Source: a virus
Direction: 5' to 3' (one strand)
Virus record (IMG/VR): IMGVR_UViG_3300042402_005830
Coordinates: 11,726 to 75,725 of that record
DNA length: 64,000 nt
Shown one piece after another: positions 1 to 9,041 of the stretch (position 1 is the stretch's first letter; every line of letters begins with the position of its first letter). The translations under genes were made by a program, and so were the position numbers. The notes under the pieces were generated by a model. The model was not told the origin of the DNA. It ran no database searches and was given only the letters and a program-made list of their open reading frames with translations.

Positions 1-442
1 TTGAAACACCATCTTCATCTTTGGTTGAATTGTATGCCACACACTCGGCAACCATTGATAATCCTACATTTCTTAGTCTTTCACTGTAAGAAATAGAAGA
101 TTTACCATCAACATTGGTACCTTCACCGTGAGAGATACATTTGTTATTCAATTGCCATTGGTTGTGAGGATTGGATAAAATCCGTTCCATTTCTTTATCA
201 TACGTTAGTCCTCCAAGATTATGTTCTCTCCTCCATTTGTTGAGAGTTTGAACAAACAACTTTTCCATTTCGGTACAAACCGAATCGACATTTGATTTAA
301 TGGATGGGACGGGTCTAACATCATCACAATCAAAATAGAATTTTTTCATATTTTCATCAAAGAAAAAACATTTTTCTTCTTGTCCGTATAACCCTGAAAG
401 GATTGTGGTAAGGATAAAAGAAATAAAGAATAATTGTTTCAT
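1..442 (-). CDS. Secreted CAP/SCP-like domain protein (partial, runs off window start)
   Basis: Translated by hand from ATG at 442: MKQLFFISFILTTILSGLYGQ (signal peptide) ... LNKWRREHNLGGLTYD ... HNQWQ ... ISH ... AECVAY, matching CAP-family motifs. Not in the ORF track because it is truncated. Confidence 0.6.
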   Translation of the reverse strand, partial: MKQLFFISFILTTILSGLYGQEEKCFFFDENMKKFYFDCDDVRPVPSIKSNVDSVCTEMEKLFVQTLNKWRREHNLGGLTYDKEMERILSNPHNQWQLNNKCISHGEGTNVDGKSSISYSERLRNVGLSMVAECVAYNSTKDEDGVS

Positions 443-496
443 AGTACAAGTATAACAAATTTTTTTAAATTATGTTAATTGTTGAAAAATTTTTTA

Positions 497-504
497 TATC
501 TTTG
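497..504 (+). promoter_or_regulatory. Bacteroidota sigma70-type -7 element TATCTTTG, 4 nt before the likely ATG (509) of the peptidase
   Basis: Exact TAnnTTTG match, with TTG upstream at 482-484. Confidence 0.55.
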
Positions 505-508
505 TATT

Positions 509-1294
509 ATGAAGAAAGAAGATTTGGATTTTTTTAAATCACTACTTAGCGTTCCGTCCAATACAGGTCAGGAAGATCTAATGATTGATTACTTGTCGGA
601 CTATCTCTATAGTAAAGATTATGATTTTTATTTGGACGATATGTCCAACATCTATATCACCAAAGGTAAAACAGAATTTTATCCATGTTTTGTGGCTCAC
701 TTGGATACGGTTCATCATATGAGTAATATCTTAGTAAAGGAAGAAAAACACCCGAACGATCACGGTGAATATAAAGATGCTCTAAAAGCATATACTCCTT
801 TTAGTAATCAACCAACAGGTATTGGTGGTGATGATAAGTGTGGAATTTTTGTATGTCTCCAACTACTTGAAAAATTGGACAATGTAAAAGTTGCCTTTTT
901 TGTGTCTGAAGAAATTGGTTGTATTGGATCATCCGTGGCTGATGACTTTTTTTTCGAAGATGTTGGATATGTTGTTCAGTTTGACGCACCATCAAACTTT
1001 ATGGTGAGTGAATTTTGTTCAGGAGTCCAACTTTTCAAACGAGATTCGGAGTTCTTCGGACGGATTGAACCAGTATTGACCGAAACATTCAACCCCAACC
1101 ATCAACTGCAACGACATCCTTATACCGATGTGAAAGCTTTGAAACAACTATTCCCACATATCAGTATGATTAATCTATCTTGTGGGTATCATAATTACCA
1201 CACACCCAACGAATACATCATATTGGAAGAAGTGGAAAATGCGGTGGTTACAGGATTAGAAATCTACGATAAATTAGGTTGTGAAAGGTTATAA
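509..1294 (+). CDS. M20/M28-family zinc peptidase
   Basis: Metal-ligand motifs FVAHLDTV, GGDDKCG, SEEIGCIGS, QFD, YHNYHT. Track start is 479; ATG 509 fits the promoter better. Confidence 0.85.
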   Translation: MKKEDLDFFKSLLSVPSNTGQEDLMIDYLSDYLYSKDYDFYLDDMSNIYITKGKTEFYPCFVAHLDTVHHMSNILVKEEKHPNDHGEYKDALKAYTPFSNQPTGIGGDDKCGIFVCLQLLEKLDNVKVAFFVSEEIGCIGSSVADDFFFEDVGYVVQFDAPSNFMVSEFCSGVQLFKRDSEFFGRIEPVLTETFNPNHQLQRHPYTDVKALKQLFPHISMINLSCGYHNYHTPNEYIILEEVENAVVTGLEIYDKLGCERL

Positions 1295-1321
1295 AAAAAG
1301 TGGGATCACTCCCACTTTTTT
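1294..1321. terminator. Bidirectional intrinsic terminator between convergent peptidase and clpC
   Basis: AAAAAAGTGGGA-TCAC-TCCCACTTTTTT hairpin with A/T tails on both sides. Confidence 0.85.
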
Positions 1322-1322
1322 C

Positions 1323-3341
1323 TTATCTCTTTTTTCTGAGTGTGACTTTATCCTCTTTCATATATAACTCATACTTTTTATCAAGTACGATATTTTTTCT
1401 CAATACATTTTCAGATATAAAGTCTTCTACTTGTTCTTGAATTGCTCTTTTTAAAGGTCTTGCTCCGAATTCCTCATCATATCCGACTTTTCCGATGTGT
1501 TGATAAACACTATCATCAAAGTTGATATAATATCCAAGTTCATCCAAACGATCTTTGAGTTGAACAAACTCAATCTCGATGATTTTGTGAATGTCGGTTT
1601 CATTGAGTGAATTGAAAAGAACAATTTCATCTACTCGGTTTAAAAACTCAGGTGAGAAATAATTTTTGACTTCTTTTTTAAGAATATCCTTTTTAATTTC
1701 TTCACTGTTTGCCGCTCGGGATGATGTATTAAAACCAACTCCCGTTCCAAATTCCATCAACTTTTTAACACCGAGGTTTGAGGTCATAATTATCAAGGTA
1801 TTCTTGAAGTTGATATGTCTCCCTGTGGAATCTGTGATGAATCCATCATCTAAGATTTGAAGGAGTATGGAGAAAATATCTTTGTTGGCCTTTTCAACTT
1901 CATCAAAAAGAATGACCGAATATGGTTTGTTTTTAACCTGTTCCGTAAGTTGACCGCCTTCTCCGTATCCGACATACCCAGGAGGTGATCCAATCAATCT
2001 TGACAAAGAATGTTTTTCTTGGAATTCACTCATATCAACCCTGATTAAGGAATTTGAATCACCAAACACTTGTTTTGCTAGTTGTTTTGCAAGGTATGTC
2101 TTTCCTACCCCCGTTGATCCAAGGAAAATAAATGAACCAATCGGTCTGTTTGGATCCTTAATACCAAGTCGATTTCTTCTAATTGCTTTTGAGATTTTTT
2201 CAACTGCAGATTCCTGTCCAATTACTTTTTCATTGAGATTCTTTTCCAAATTAATCAAAGCATCTACATCATCCGCTGACAACTTGGTTACAGGAATTTT
2301 GGTAATTGATGCCACAACCTCATAAACCATGTCTTCAGTTATTTCTTTCCTTACCGTATTTTGCTCTTTTTCAAACTTGAACTTTTCATCGTCCAATTGT
2401 TTTAAGACCTTTTTTTCACGGTCACGAAGATTCGCAGCTTCTTCATATCGTTGTTGTTTGACAACTGCTAGTTTTGTTTTCTTAATTTCCGCAGCCTCTT
2501 CTTTGAGTTTTTCAATGACTTCGGGAAGTTTGGTTGTTACCTGTGCTCGAGCCCCAAGTTCATCTAAAATATCGATTGCTTTATCAGGAAATTCTCGATT
2601 AGTAATGTATCTATCCGCTAAACGAACACAAGCAGTGATCGCCTCTTCGTGGTAATTAACCTTGTGGAAATCCTCGTATTTGTCTTTGATATTTTGAAGG
2701 ATCTGAATTGTTTCTTTTACTGAAGGTGGTTCAACAACAACTTTTTGAAATCTCCTTTCAAGAGCACCATCTTTTTCGATATTTTGACGATACTCATCCA
2801 ATGTTGTCGCCCCAATACATTGAATCTCACCACGAGCAAGAGCTGGTTTGAATATGTTAGAAGCGTCCAATGATCCTGAACTGTTTCCAGCACCAACAAT
2901 ATTGTGGATTTCATCAATAAAGACAATAACCTCTCTCGTTTCTTGAAGTTCTTCAAGGATTACCTTCAATCGTTCTTCAAATTGACCACGATACTTTGTT
3001 CCAGCAACAATCGAAGTCATATCCAACGACACAATTCTTTTGTCACACAAATTACGAGGACAATCACCCTCAAAAATCTTTTGAGCTAAACCTTCAACAA
3101 TTGCGGTTTTACCACAACCTGGTTCGCCAATAATGATTGGATTGTTTTTCTTTCTTCTCGAAAGAATTTGAGCAATTCGCAAAATCTCCTCCTCTCTTCC
3201 TACAACAGGATCTAATGCTCCTAACTCCGCCAATTTGGACAAATCTCTTGAAAAGTTGTCCAATACAGGTGTTTTAGAGTTAGGATTTTGTTTTTGTCTT
3301 TTTTCCCTTTTTGATTCACCGGGATCCATATCTTCTATCAT
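1323..3341 (-). CDS. clpC: ClpC-type AAA+ ATPase (Clp protease ATP-binding subunit) lacking the N-terminal Clp_N domain
   Basis: Two AAA modules (GEPGCGKT, FIDEIH; GSTGVGKT, FDEVEKA), UVR middle domain (QQRYEEAANLRD), ClpP-docking VGF loop, GARPLKR. Only ~24 aa precede TPVLDNFSRDL. Confidence 0.93.
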   Translation of the reverse strand: MIEDMDPGESKREKRQKQNPNSKTPVLDNFSRDLSKLAELGALDPVVGREEEILRIAQILSRRKKNNPIIIGEPGCGKTAIVEGLAQKIFEGDCPRNLCDKRIVSLDMTSIVAGTKYRGQFEERLKVILEELQETREVIVFIDEIHNIVGAGNSSGSLDASNIFKPALARGEIQCIGATTLDEYRQNIEKDGALERRFQKVVVEPPSVKETIQILQNIKDKYEDFHKVNYHEEAITACVRLADRYITNREFPDKAIDILDELGARAQVTTKLPEVIEKLKEEAAEIKKTKLAVVKQQRYEEAANLRDREKKVLKQLDDEKFKFEKEQNTVRKEITEDMVYEVVASITKIPVTKLSADDVDALINLEKNLNEKVIGQESAVEKISKAIRRNRLGIKDPNRPIGSFIFLGSTGVGKTYLAKQLAKQVFGDSNSLIRVDMSEFQEKHSLSRLIGSPPGYVGYGEGGQLTEQVKNKPYSVILFDEVEKANKDIFSILLQILDDGFITDSTGRHINFKNTLIIMTSNLGVKKLMEFGTGVGFNTSSRAANSEEIKKDILKKEVKNYFSPEFLNRVDEIVLFNSLNETDIHKIIEIEFVQLKDRLDELGYYINFDDSVYQHIGKVGYDEEFGARPLKRAIQEQVEDFISENVLRKNIVLDKKYELYMKEDKVTLRKKR

Positions 3342-3350
3342 GTTCTAATA

Positions 3351-4049
3351 TTAATAATTTTTAACTAATTTATCTATCTGTGAATAACCTGAAAACTGAC
3401 TTGTCAAATCTTCTTTGAAACAAAGAAAGGGTATTTGTCTTTCAATAAAAGTGAACCACAACCAATCATCAGGTGTTGTCCAACCATCCTCGTCATATAA
3501 ATTATGAAAGAAATTTTTTGAATTTTTGTTAATCAAATAACAGTGACCCAAAGTAATTTTATCACATTCATATAAATTTCTACTTATTTGATCACCAAAT
3601 TTTACATCTATTTTATCTAAACTATAACTTATCGGTTCGAATCTCACAATAGGGTATTTTGGATTTTCTTCCAAGACTTTTATAGCTTCAGATAATCTTT
3701 CTTTAAATAAATCAATATCCAAAATACGACAATCACATTCACATATTAAAGAATAATCATCATCGGCAAAAGAAAGTAAAATAGCTTGTTTGTGAGATAA
3801 CCACGCACCATAATGTCTATCTGTTAGACCCGTCTCGTTGTTTTCTTTTTGACTACCTCTATAAAAATTAACCCAATTTTTGTAAATATTATTTAAAGGT
3901 GCTGGTCTATCATACGGTTGATTTTCAATTCTAATATATCTCAAACCCAACGATTTAAGTTGTTCCATCGATAAAACTTCTCTTTCACTTGTATTGTCTA
4001 AACCTGATTGTATTATTTTACAATTCATTTTTTTATTTAAGAATATCAC
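3351..4049 (-). CDS. GT25-like glycosyltransferase
   Basis: YGAWLSHKQA, LICECD, GHCYLIN, PDDWL resemble GT25 motifs (GCxLSH, ILEDD, xxAYxI, PxD). Confidence 0.6.
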   Translation of the reverse strand: MIFLNKKMNCKIIQSGLDNTSEREVLSMEQLKSLGLRYIRIENQPYDRPAPLNNIYKNWVNFYRGSQKENNETGLTDRHYGAWLSHKQAILLSFADDDYSLICECDCRILDIDLFKERLSEAIKVLEENPKYPIVRFEPISYSLDKIDVKFGDQISRNLYECDKITLGHCYLINKNSKNFFHNLYDEDGWTTPDDWLWFTFIERQIPFLCFKEDLTSQFSGYSQIDKLVKNY

Positions 4050-4071
4050 TATATCTTGAAAAAATCAATAT

Positions 4072-4141
4072 TTACATTTTGTCAGGTTTTTTTGATTAAT
4101 CTGACATTTTGTCATGTTTGTAACTTTGGCACAAAATTCGA
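4072..4141 (+). promoter_or_regulatory. Two TGACA-N3-TGTCA-type palindromes followed by overlapping TAACTTTG (-7 box) and TGGCAC (sigma54 -24-like) elements
   Basis: TTACATTTTGTCA at 4072-4084, TGACATTTTGTCA at 4102-4114, TAACTTTG at 4121-4128, TGGCAC at 4127-4132. Confidence 0.55.
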
Positions 4142-4181
4142 AAAGGGGTGAAAATTAAATAAACCAAAAAAAATAAAAAAT

Positions 4182-4613
4182 ATGTTACGCAAAAGATTTA
4201 ACCTAAACAACCTTTTTTCTGAATTTGATTCATTTTTTGAAGATTTTAACTCACCTCTTATGGTAAGAGGAAAACGAGATGTTGAAACAGGTAATGATGA
4301 AAATGGTCAATGGACGAAAGAAACATTTACCTCAGAAGATGGATCTTATCAAATGACAACCATCATTCAACATGTGAATCAAGGATCAAAACAAACACCA
4401 AATGAGAAATCAAGTCTCCAAAAACAACTTGATCAAGCGGTGGAAAAACAGGATTTTGAGAAGGCTGCAAAACTCCGAGACCAAATTAAACAGATTGAAT
4501 CGAATAAAGAAAAGATTCAAGAAGTTCAAACAAAACTTGATGAATCTATAAAAAAACAGGATTTTGAATCGGCGATAAAATATAGGGATGAACTGAAAAA
4601 ACTTAAATCATGA
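4182..4613 (+). CDS. Protein with two UVR (UvrB/UvrC) coiled-coil motifs; candidate ClpC adaptor
   Basis: LDQAVEKQDFEKAAKLRDQI and LDESIKKQDFESAIKYRDEL; Phe-rich N-terminus (LFSEFDSFFEDF) resembling small heat-shock protein N-termini. Confidence 0.8.
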   Translation: MLRKRFNLNNLFSEFDSFFEDFNSPLMVRGKRDVETGNDENGQWTKETFTSEDGSYQMTTIIQHVNQGSKQTPNEKSSLQKQLDQAVEKQDFEKAAKLRDQIKQIESNKEKIQEVQTKLDESIKKQDFESAIKYRDELKKLKS

Positions 4614-4618
4614 ACATT

Positions 4619-4643
4619 AACCCCTCCCCACGGAGGGGTTTTT
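4619..4643 (+). terminator. Intrinsic terminator
   Basis: AACCCCTCC-CCAC-GGAGGGGTT followed by TTT. Confidence 0.8.
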
Positions 4644-4665
4644 ATTTGTTGATATATTTATTGTC

Positions 4666-4968
4666 ATGAATATCAATGATTATTTATCCTCTACATCAGA
4701 CGATTCTGTTCTTTTGACAGAATATAGGAATTTTAGAAATATGTTTAATGAATTTTGTGATCGTGGTGTTGATTTGACTTCTGAATCAGATGAAACGGAA
4801 AGTTTGAGAAATCAACTCACAAAAATATCCGAGGAGATTGAAAATTTGAAGAAAACAATTCAAAATAACGGTTTTGAGATTACTGAAAACAAATTTTTTG
4901 AACACATTTATTCCAAGTTTAATATTATTGAGGAAGAAATACCTTTCAAAAATGGCAATACTATCTGA
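4666..4968 (+). CDS. Hypothetical coiled-coil protein
   Basis: 100 aa ORF preceded by the TATTTAT motif (4655-4661). Confidence 0.6.
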   Translation: MNINDYLSSTSDDSVLLTEYRNFRNMFNEFCDRGVDLTSESDETESLRNQLTKISEEIENLKKTIQNNGFEITENKFFEHIYSKFNIIEEEIPFKNGNTI

Positions 4969-5194
4969 AAAAATAGAAGGAACAAAAATTATCAATGTGA
5001 TTGAATCCTCAAACATCAATCAAACTGTGTATGACACAAACACCAAAAATCTTGAGGTGGTTTTTAAAAACGGATCAACATTCTTATATGAAGATGTCCC
5101 ACATCAAATTTATACAAAATTTAGAATGGCAGAATCTCAAGGTTCTTTTTTTAATAAAAATATCGCAAAGACTTTTAAATTTAGTAAAAAATGA
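4952..5194 (+). CDS. KTSC domain protein
   Basis: ESSNINQTVYD...LEVVFKNGSTFLYEDVP...AESQGSFFNKNI. Likely start ATG 4952 (track start 4874). Confidence 0.85.
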   Translation: MAILSEKIEGTKIINVIESSNINQTVYDTNTKNLEVVFKNGSTFLYEDVPHQIYTKFRMAESQGSFFNKNIAKTFKFSKK

Positions 5195-5949
5195 GTTCTA
5201 TCAATCAGGTTGTTGACACCTTGTTATATCAAGATGAACTGAACCCCAAGTTTTGGGACAATCCATCAACACCTGAGAAATCTTCTTTAAGGAAAGAAGT
5301 TAGAAAGAAACTCATGGAAATAAGTGATGAATTTTTTGAGTATTTGGATCTTGATCTTTTTATTTCTGATATTACAATGACAGGATCGTTGGCTAATTTT
5401 AATTGGTCTGACTTTTCCGATGTGGATCTTCATTTTATATTTGACTACAAACAAGTCGCAGGAAATGAAGAGATTTATAAAGAATATTTTAATTTAAAAA
5501 AAACCTTATTTAACAGCACACATGATATTAAAATTTTTGGACATGATGTGGAGATTTATATCCAAGATTTATTGGAGCCTCATCATTCTACTGGTGTATA
5601 TTCTGTCTTACATAATGATTGGCTTAATGTTCCCAAAAAAGAAGATGTTCAAATTGACAAGGATGTATTGAAAAAGAAAATAAAGAATGTGGTTTCACAA
5701 CTTGACGATGTTTTTTTAAATTTGGATGACGAAAATCCAAAAACCGCAATAAAAATATTAGATAATTTCAAAGATAAATTAAAAACTTATAGATCAGCGG
5801 GATTGGCCAAGGGAGGTGAACAATCTTATGAAAACCTCGTTTTTAAATACATGAGAAGGGCCGGATATATTCAAAAAATATTTGATGCTAAAAATAAAAT
5901 TATCGATAAAACACTTTCTTTGGAATCATATAATAGGAAAAAAAGATAA
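5191..5949 (+). CDS. Pol-beta-superfamily nucleotidyltransferase
   Basis: TGSLANFNWSDFSDVDLH (GS-x-DxD) with a later VEIY acidic strand. Confidence 0.75.
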   Translation: MSSINQVVDTLLYQDELNPKFWDNPSTPEKSSLRKEVRKKLMEISDEFFEYLDLDLFISDITMTGSLANFNWSDFSDVDLHFIFDYKQVAGNEEIYKEYFNLKKTLFNSTHDIKIFGHDVEIYIQDLLEPHHSTGVYSVLHNDWLNVPKKEDVQIDKDVLKKKIKNVVSQLDDVFLNLDDENPKTAIKILDNFKDKLKTYRSAGLAKGGEQSYENLVFKYMRRAGYIQKIFDAKNKIIDKTLSLESYNRKKR

Positions 5950-5988
5950 TTTGTATAAATCATTATATTTATTTATAAAAAAACACTC

Positions 5989-6171
5989 ATGGCAATTACC
6001 GCATGTACTCAAGCCAGCTACGCTAACATCAATAGAATTAGTGTTGACAGGTCTTCCGCTACTTATTATACCATTCCCACACCATTATGGACGGAAGGTG
6101 ATGATCAAACCCAAATTGCTTATCAATGTAACGCCGTAACTCTCGGAGGATTCAGAGGGTTAAATTCATAA
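5989..6171 (+). CDS. Small hypothetical protein
   Basis: 60 aa ORF after TATTTAT (5966-5972), with an A-rich leader. Confidence 0.55.
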   Translation: MAITACTQASYANINRISVDRSSATYYTIPTPLWTEGDDQTQIAYQCNAVTLGGFRGLNS

Positions 6172-6196
6172 AATTAAAAAAATAACAAAAATACAA

Positions 6197-7639
6197 ATGT
6201 CAGATTTGAAACCATTGGGAAGTGAAAGACTTCAAGGGGATGAAAAAATCAAAAGAATCCTTGAGATTGCAAGATATAAAGAAGTCCCAAAGCAGGTAGT
6301 TAACGAATTATCTAGCGTAGAGTATTCCAAAACATTAAGTGATGGTGTAAAATATGTCATAGCCAAAGAAAAGCTCGGATATATTATTAAAAAATCAATC
6401 AACGAAGGTGTTGAAGAATATATCGAGCCAATGAAGAATAGAAAGTATTATAATTCCTATTCTCAAGCATTAAAAAGATTGAACCTTTTGGCTCGTGAAG
6501 TCAATTATGTTCAAGGTGTTAATGAAGGTATTGATTTATTCAACGAACAAAAAAGATATACATTAAAAACACCAAAACCTGCACCCTCGGAAACAACTTA
6601 TGATGAACCAACACCTGACATGTCAATGGATAGTGGTATTGGCGCGGAGGCGGATTTGGGGATGGGTTCAGAAACACCTGCGGGTGGAGAATTGGACTTG
6701 GGATTGGATATGGATATGGGTGCTGACCAACCTACAGACATGGGTATGGATCTTGGATCCGAAGATACTGAAATGAAACCTACTGATGAAGGTGATGTCG
6801 ATTTCAAAACAGTTCAAAAAATCACAGGAAAATTAAGTCAAAAATTGAGAGAACTCGACTCAATTCAAGGACTTGATTCTTCAAATATGAAATATGTTAT
6901 CAATTCGATATTGTCAGCAATGAACTTGGAGAAATTCAACGAGGATGACAAAGATGAAGTTATTGAAAGACTTGAAGGTGAAATCGATTATGGTTTGGAA
7001 GACACAGGTGTTGATATTGAAGCTACAGGTGAAGAATCTTCGTCGGAGTTCGATGTTGAATCACCCGAAGGTGGAGAAGAGTTGAAGGAATATGATGTTT
7101 ATGGAAATGAAGGTTTTGGATATTTCGATAAAGATGAAAATCCTGTTGATATTGACGATGTCGATTTTGATTTTGAACCCGAAGGTCATGTACAGTCTTA
7201 TGATGAGTTTATTAGTAAATTTGATAGAAGAGACCACAATGACCCACATTATGATATCAAGAAAAGACAACACGATTCAAATATAGAAAAGTACGGAAAC
7301 TTAAGATTAGGTAAAAAAAGAACACCTGTGAGTGATGTCAGCTCTATCGATAGAATTATGGATTCTATTTTTGCAGAATCAAAAGTTGAAAAGACAATTA
7401 ACAAATATTTGAGTGAATCAGTTATTAAAGAAACTGAAGAAAAAATTAAGACCAAGAAAACCAAAATGGTCGAATCTATTGGAAAAATGGCAACCACTTA
7501 CGAACAAGAACTCACATCAAAGAAAATTATTAAAGAATTCAAAGATGTAGAATTGGTCGGAAGAACCAACAAGAAAAACATTATTTTCAATATTGCAGGT
7601 GAAGAATTTAAAGTAAATCAGAAAGGATTTTTAGAATGA
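6197..7639 (+). CDS. Hypothetical acidic protein of the head module
   Basis: 480 aa ORF with D/E/M/G-rich linkers, in the run of genes leading to terminase. Confidence 0.7.
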   Translation: MSDLKPLGSERLQGDEKIKRILEIARYKEVPKQVVNELSSVEYSKTLSDGVKYVIAKEKLGYIIKKSINEGVEEYIEPMKNRKYYNSYSQALKRLNLLAREVNYVQGVNEGIDLFNEQKRYTLKTPKPAPSETTYDEPTPDMSMDSGIGAEADLGMGSETPAGGELDLGLDMDMGADQPTDMGMDLGSEDTEMKPTDEGDVDFKTVQKITGKLSQKLRELDSIQGLDSSNMKYVINSILSAMNLEKFNEDDKDEVIERLEGEIDYGLEDTGVDIEATGEESSSEFDVESPEGGEELKEYDVYGNEGFGYFDKDENPVDIDDVDFDFEPEGHVQSYDEFISKFDRRDHNDPHYDIKKRQHDSNIEKYGNLRLGKKRTPVSDVSSIDRIMDSIFAESKVEKTINKYLSESVIKETEEKIKTKKTKMVESIGKMATTYEQELTSKKIIKEFKDVELVGRTNKKNIIFNIAGEEFKVNQKGFLE

Positions 7640-8037
7640 AACTTGTTTATGTGAATGAACTTGGACCCGACTATAAAGGAAATAATACATATGAATTTAT
7701 TTTCTCTGAAAGTGATGAGGTCTATGGTGAGGATTGGGATGTAAGTCCGGCCTCAGGAAGACCGCTTCCTCCACAATTACAGTTCATTCACAGTGTTTTA
7801 AAATTCAGTGACTCTGAAATTAAATTTGATCTTGTTCAAAATTCTGATTATTTCAACATGTATGATGCCGTTGATGGTGTCATTTGTTTGGCTTGGGAAT
7901 CTGAAGATTCTGATTATGAAAGGATGGGGTATCAGAGATTCGTTTTTAAATTTGGAGATGAATTATCCTCAATAAAAGATAAATTTTACGAAAGAGATAT
8001 TGTTCTTTCTGAAGAAAAAGTATTACAAGTACCATGA
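7636..8037 (+). CDS. Hypothetical protein
   Basis: 133 aa ORF overlapping both neighbours by 4 nt. Confidence 0.7.
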   Translation: MKLVYVNELGPDYKGNNTYEFIFSESDEVYGEDWDVSPASGRPLPPQLQFIHSVLKFSDSEIKFDLVQNSDYFNMYDAVDGVICLAWESEDSDYERMGYQRFVFKFGDELSSIKDKFYERDIVLSEEKVLQVP

Positions 8038-9041
8038 ACAACAAAAAAGTAAAAATATTATTGGAAAATGGTTTTTCTATTAAAACCATCAGAACACTTT
8101 CTGAAAGTGAAATCAATATATTGACAAAAAAAGTTCTCAAAGAAGCTCAAACTTCTGTTGTAAAAAAAACAACCTACAACAAAGGAGAAGTTCAATCAAT
8201 GGTTAACAAACATGGTGGACTTTCAATTGAAAATGGTGGTACGGTTACACCGGGTGAAGATGGATCAATCACTGTTACTCAAGGAGAAGGTGAAATGAAA
8301 GAAAACGAAGATTCATTTAATGATTTGGAAAGACAGGATTATACAGGTCAAGAAGGCCCTCACGATTCTGATGATATGGCACCTGATGGGATGGACGATG
8401 ATTCAGATAATAATAGATCTATGATGGAAAATGAATTATCTGATGACGAAATTGATTTGATGTTAGATATTATTCAATCAAAAAAAGAAGGGTCGGATGA
8501 AAAAAGTGAATTAGATGAGAAATTCCAAAGTAAGTCACAACAGAAATATTTCTTTGCAAAATGTAATGATGAATCATTAAGTAAAAAAGAAAGAAACAAG
8601 TGGTGTAAAATGGCTGATGAATTTGCTCAACATACAAATTTCTCAAAATTACCTGAGAAAGTTAAAGAAGATAATTTAAAATCTTTGGAGGAAAGTGTGA
8701 TGAAAATTGTTCAAAAACACCTACCCCCAAGCATTACAAAAGGTGACTTGGTTAAGTTAATAAGTGAGGCACCAATGACAAAACCGGCACCTGTTAAGGA
8801 ACCTGGGGTCGCTCCTTCAAAACCAAAACCAGGAACACCATTTCAACCAAAACATAAACCTAAGCCAAAGGCGGGAAAAAAGGTTCCTGAATGGATGTCT
8901 TATTCAGAAATTTTTGAATCTGAACCATTCACCAAACCAGCACCCGTGAAACCGGATGTTGCTCCGTCAAGACCAAGTCCAAAGACACCATTCCAACCAA
9001 AACATAAACCAAAACCAAAAGCAGGAGGTGATGAAAAATAA
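8034..9041 (+). CDS. Hypothetical protein with a duplicated Pro/Lys-rich C-terminal motif; possible internal head protein
   Basis: TKPAPVK...TPFQPKHKPKPKAG occurs twice; LxE-A sites present. Confidence 0.7.
   Translation: MNNKKVKILLENGFSIKTIRTLSESEINILTKKVLKEAQTSVVKKTTYNKGEVQSMVNKHGGLSIENGGTVTPGEDGSITVTQGEGEMKENEDSFNDLERQDYTGQEGPHDSDDMAPDGMDDDSDNNRSMMENELSDDEIDLMLDIIQSKKEGSDEKSELDEKFQSKSQQKYFFAKCNDESLSKKERNKWCKMADEFAQHTNFSKLPEKVKEDNLKSLEESVMKIVQKHLPPSITKGDLVKLISEAPMTKPAPVKEPGVAPSKPKPGTPFQPKHKPKPKAGKKVPEWMSYSEIFESEPFTKPAPVKPDVAPSRPSPKTPFQPKHKPKPKAGGDEK

Noticed and set aside
9022-9033. AGGAGGTG Shine-Dalgarno-like sequence before ATG 9031
   Set aside because: It abuts the start codon with no spacer and is explained by the Ala-Gly-Gly-Asp codons of the upstream gene
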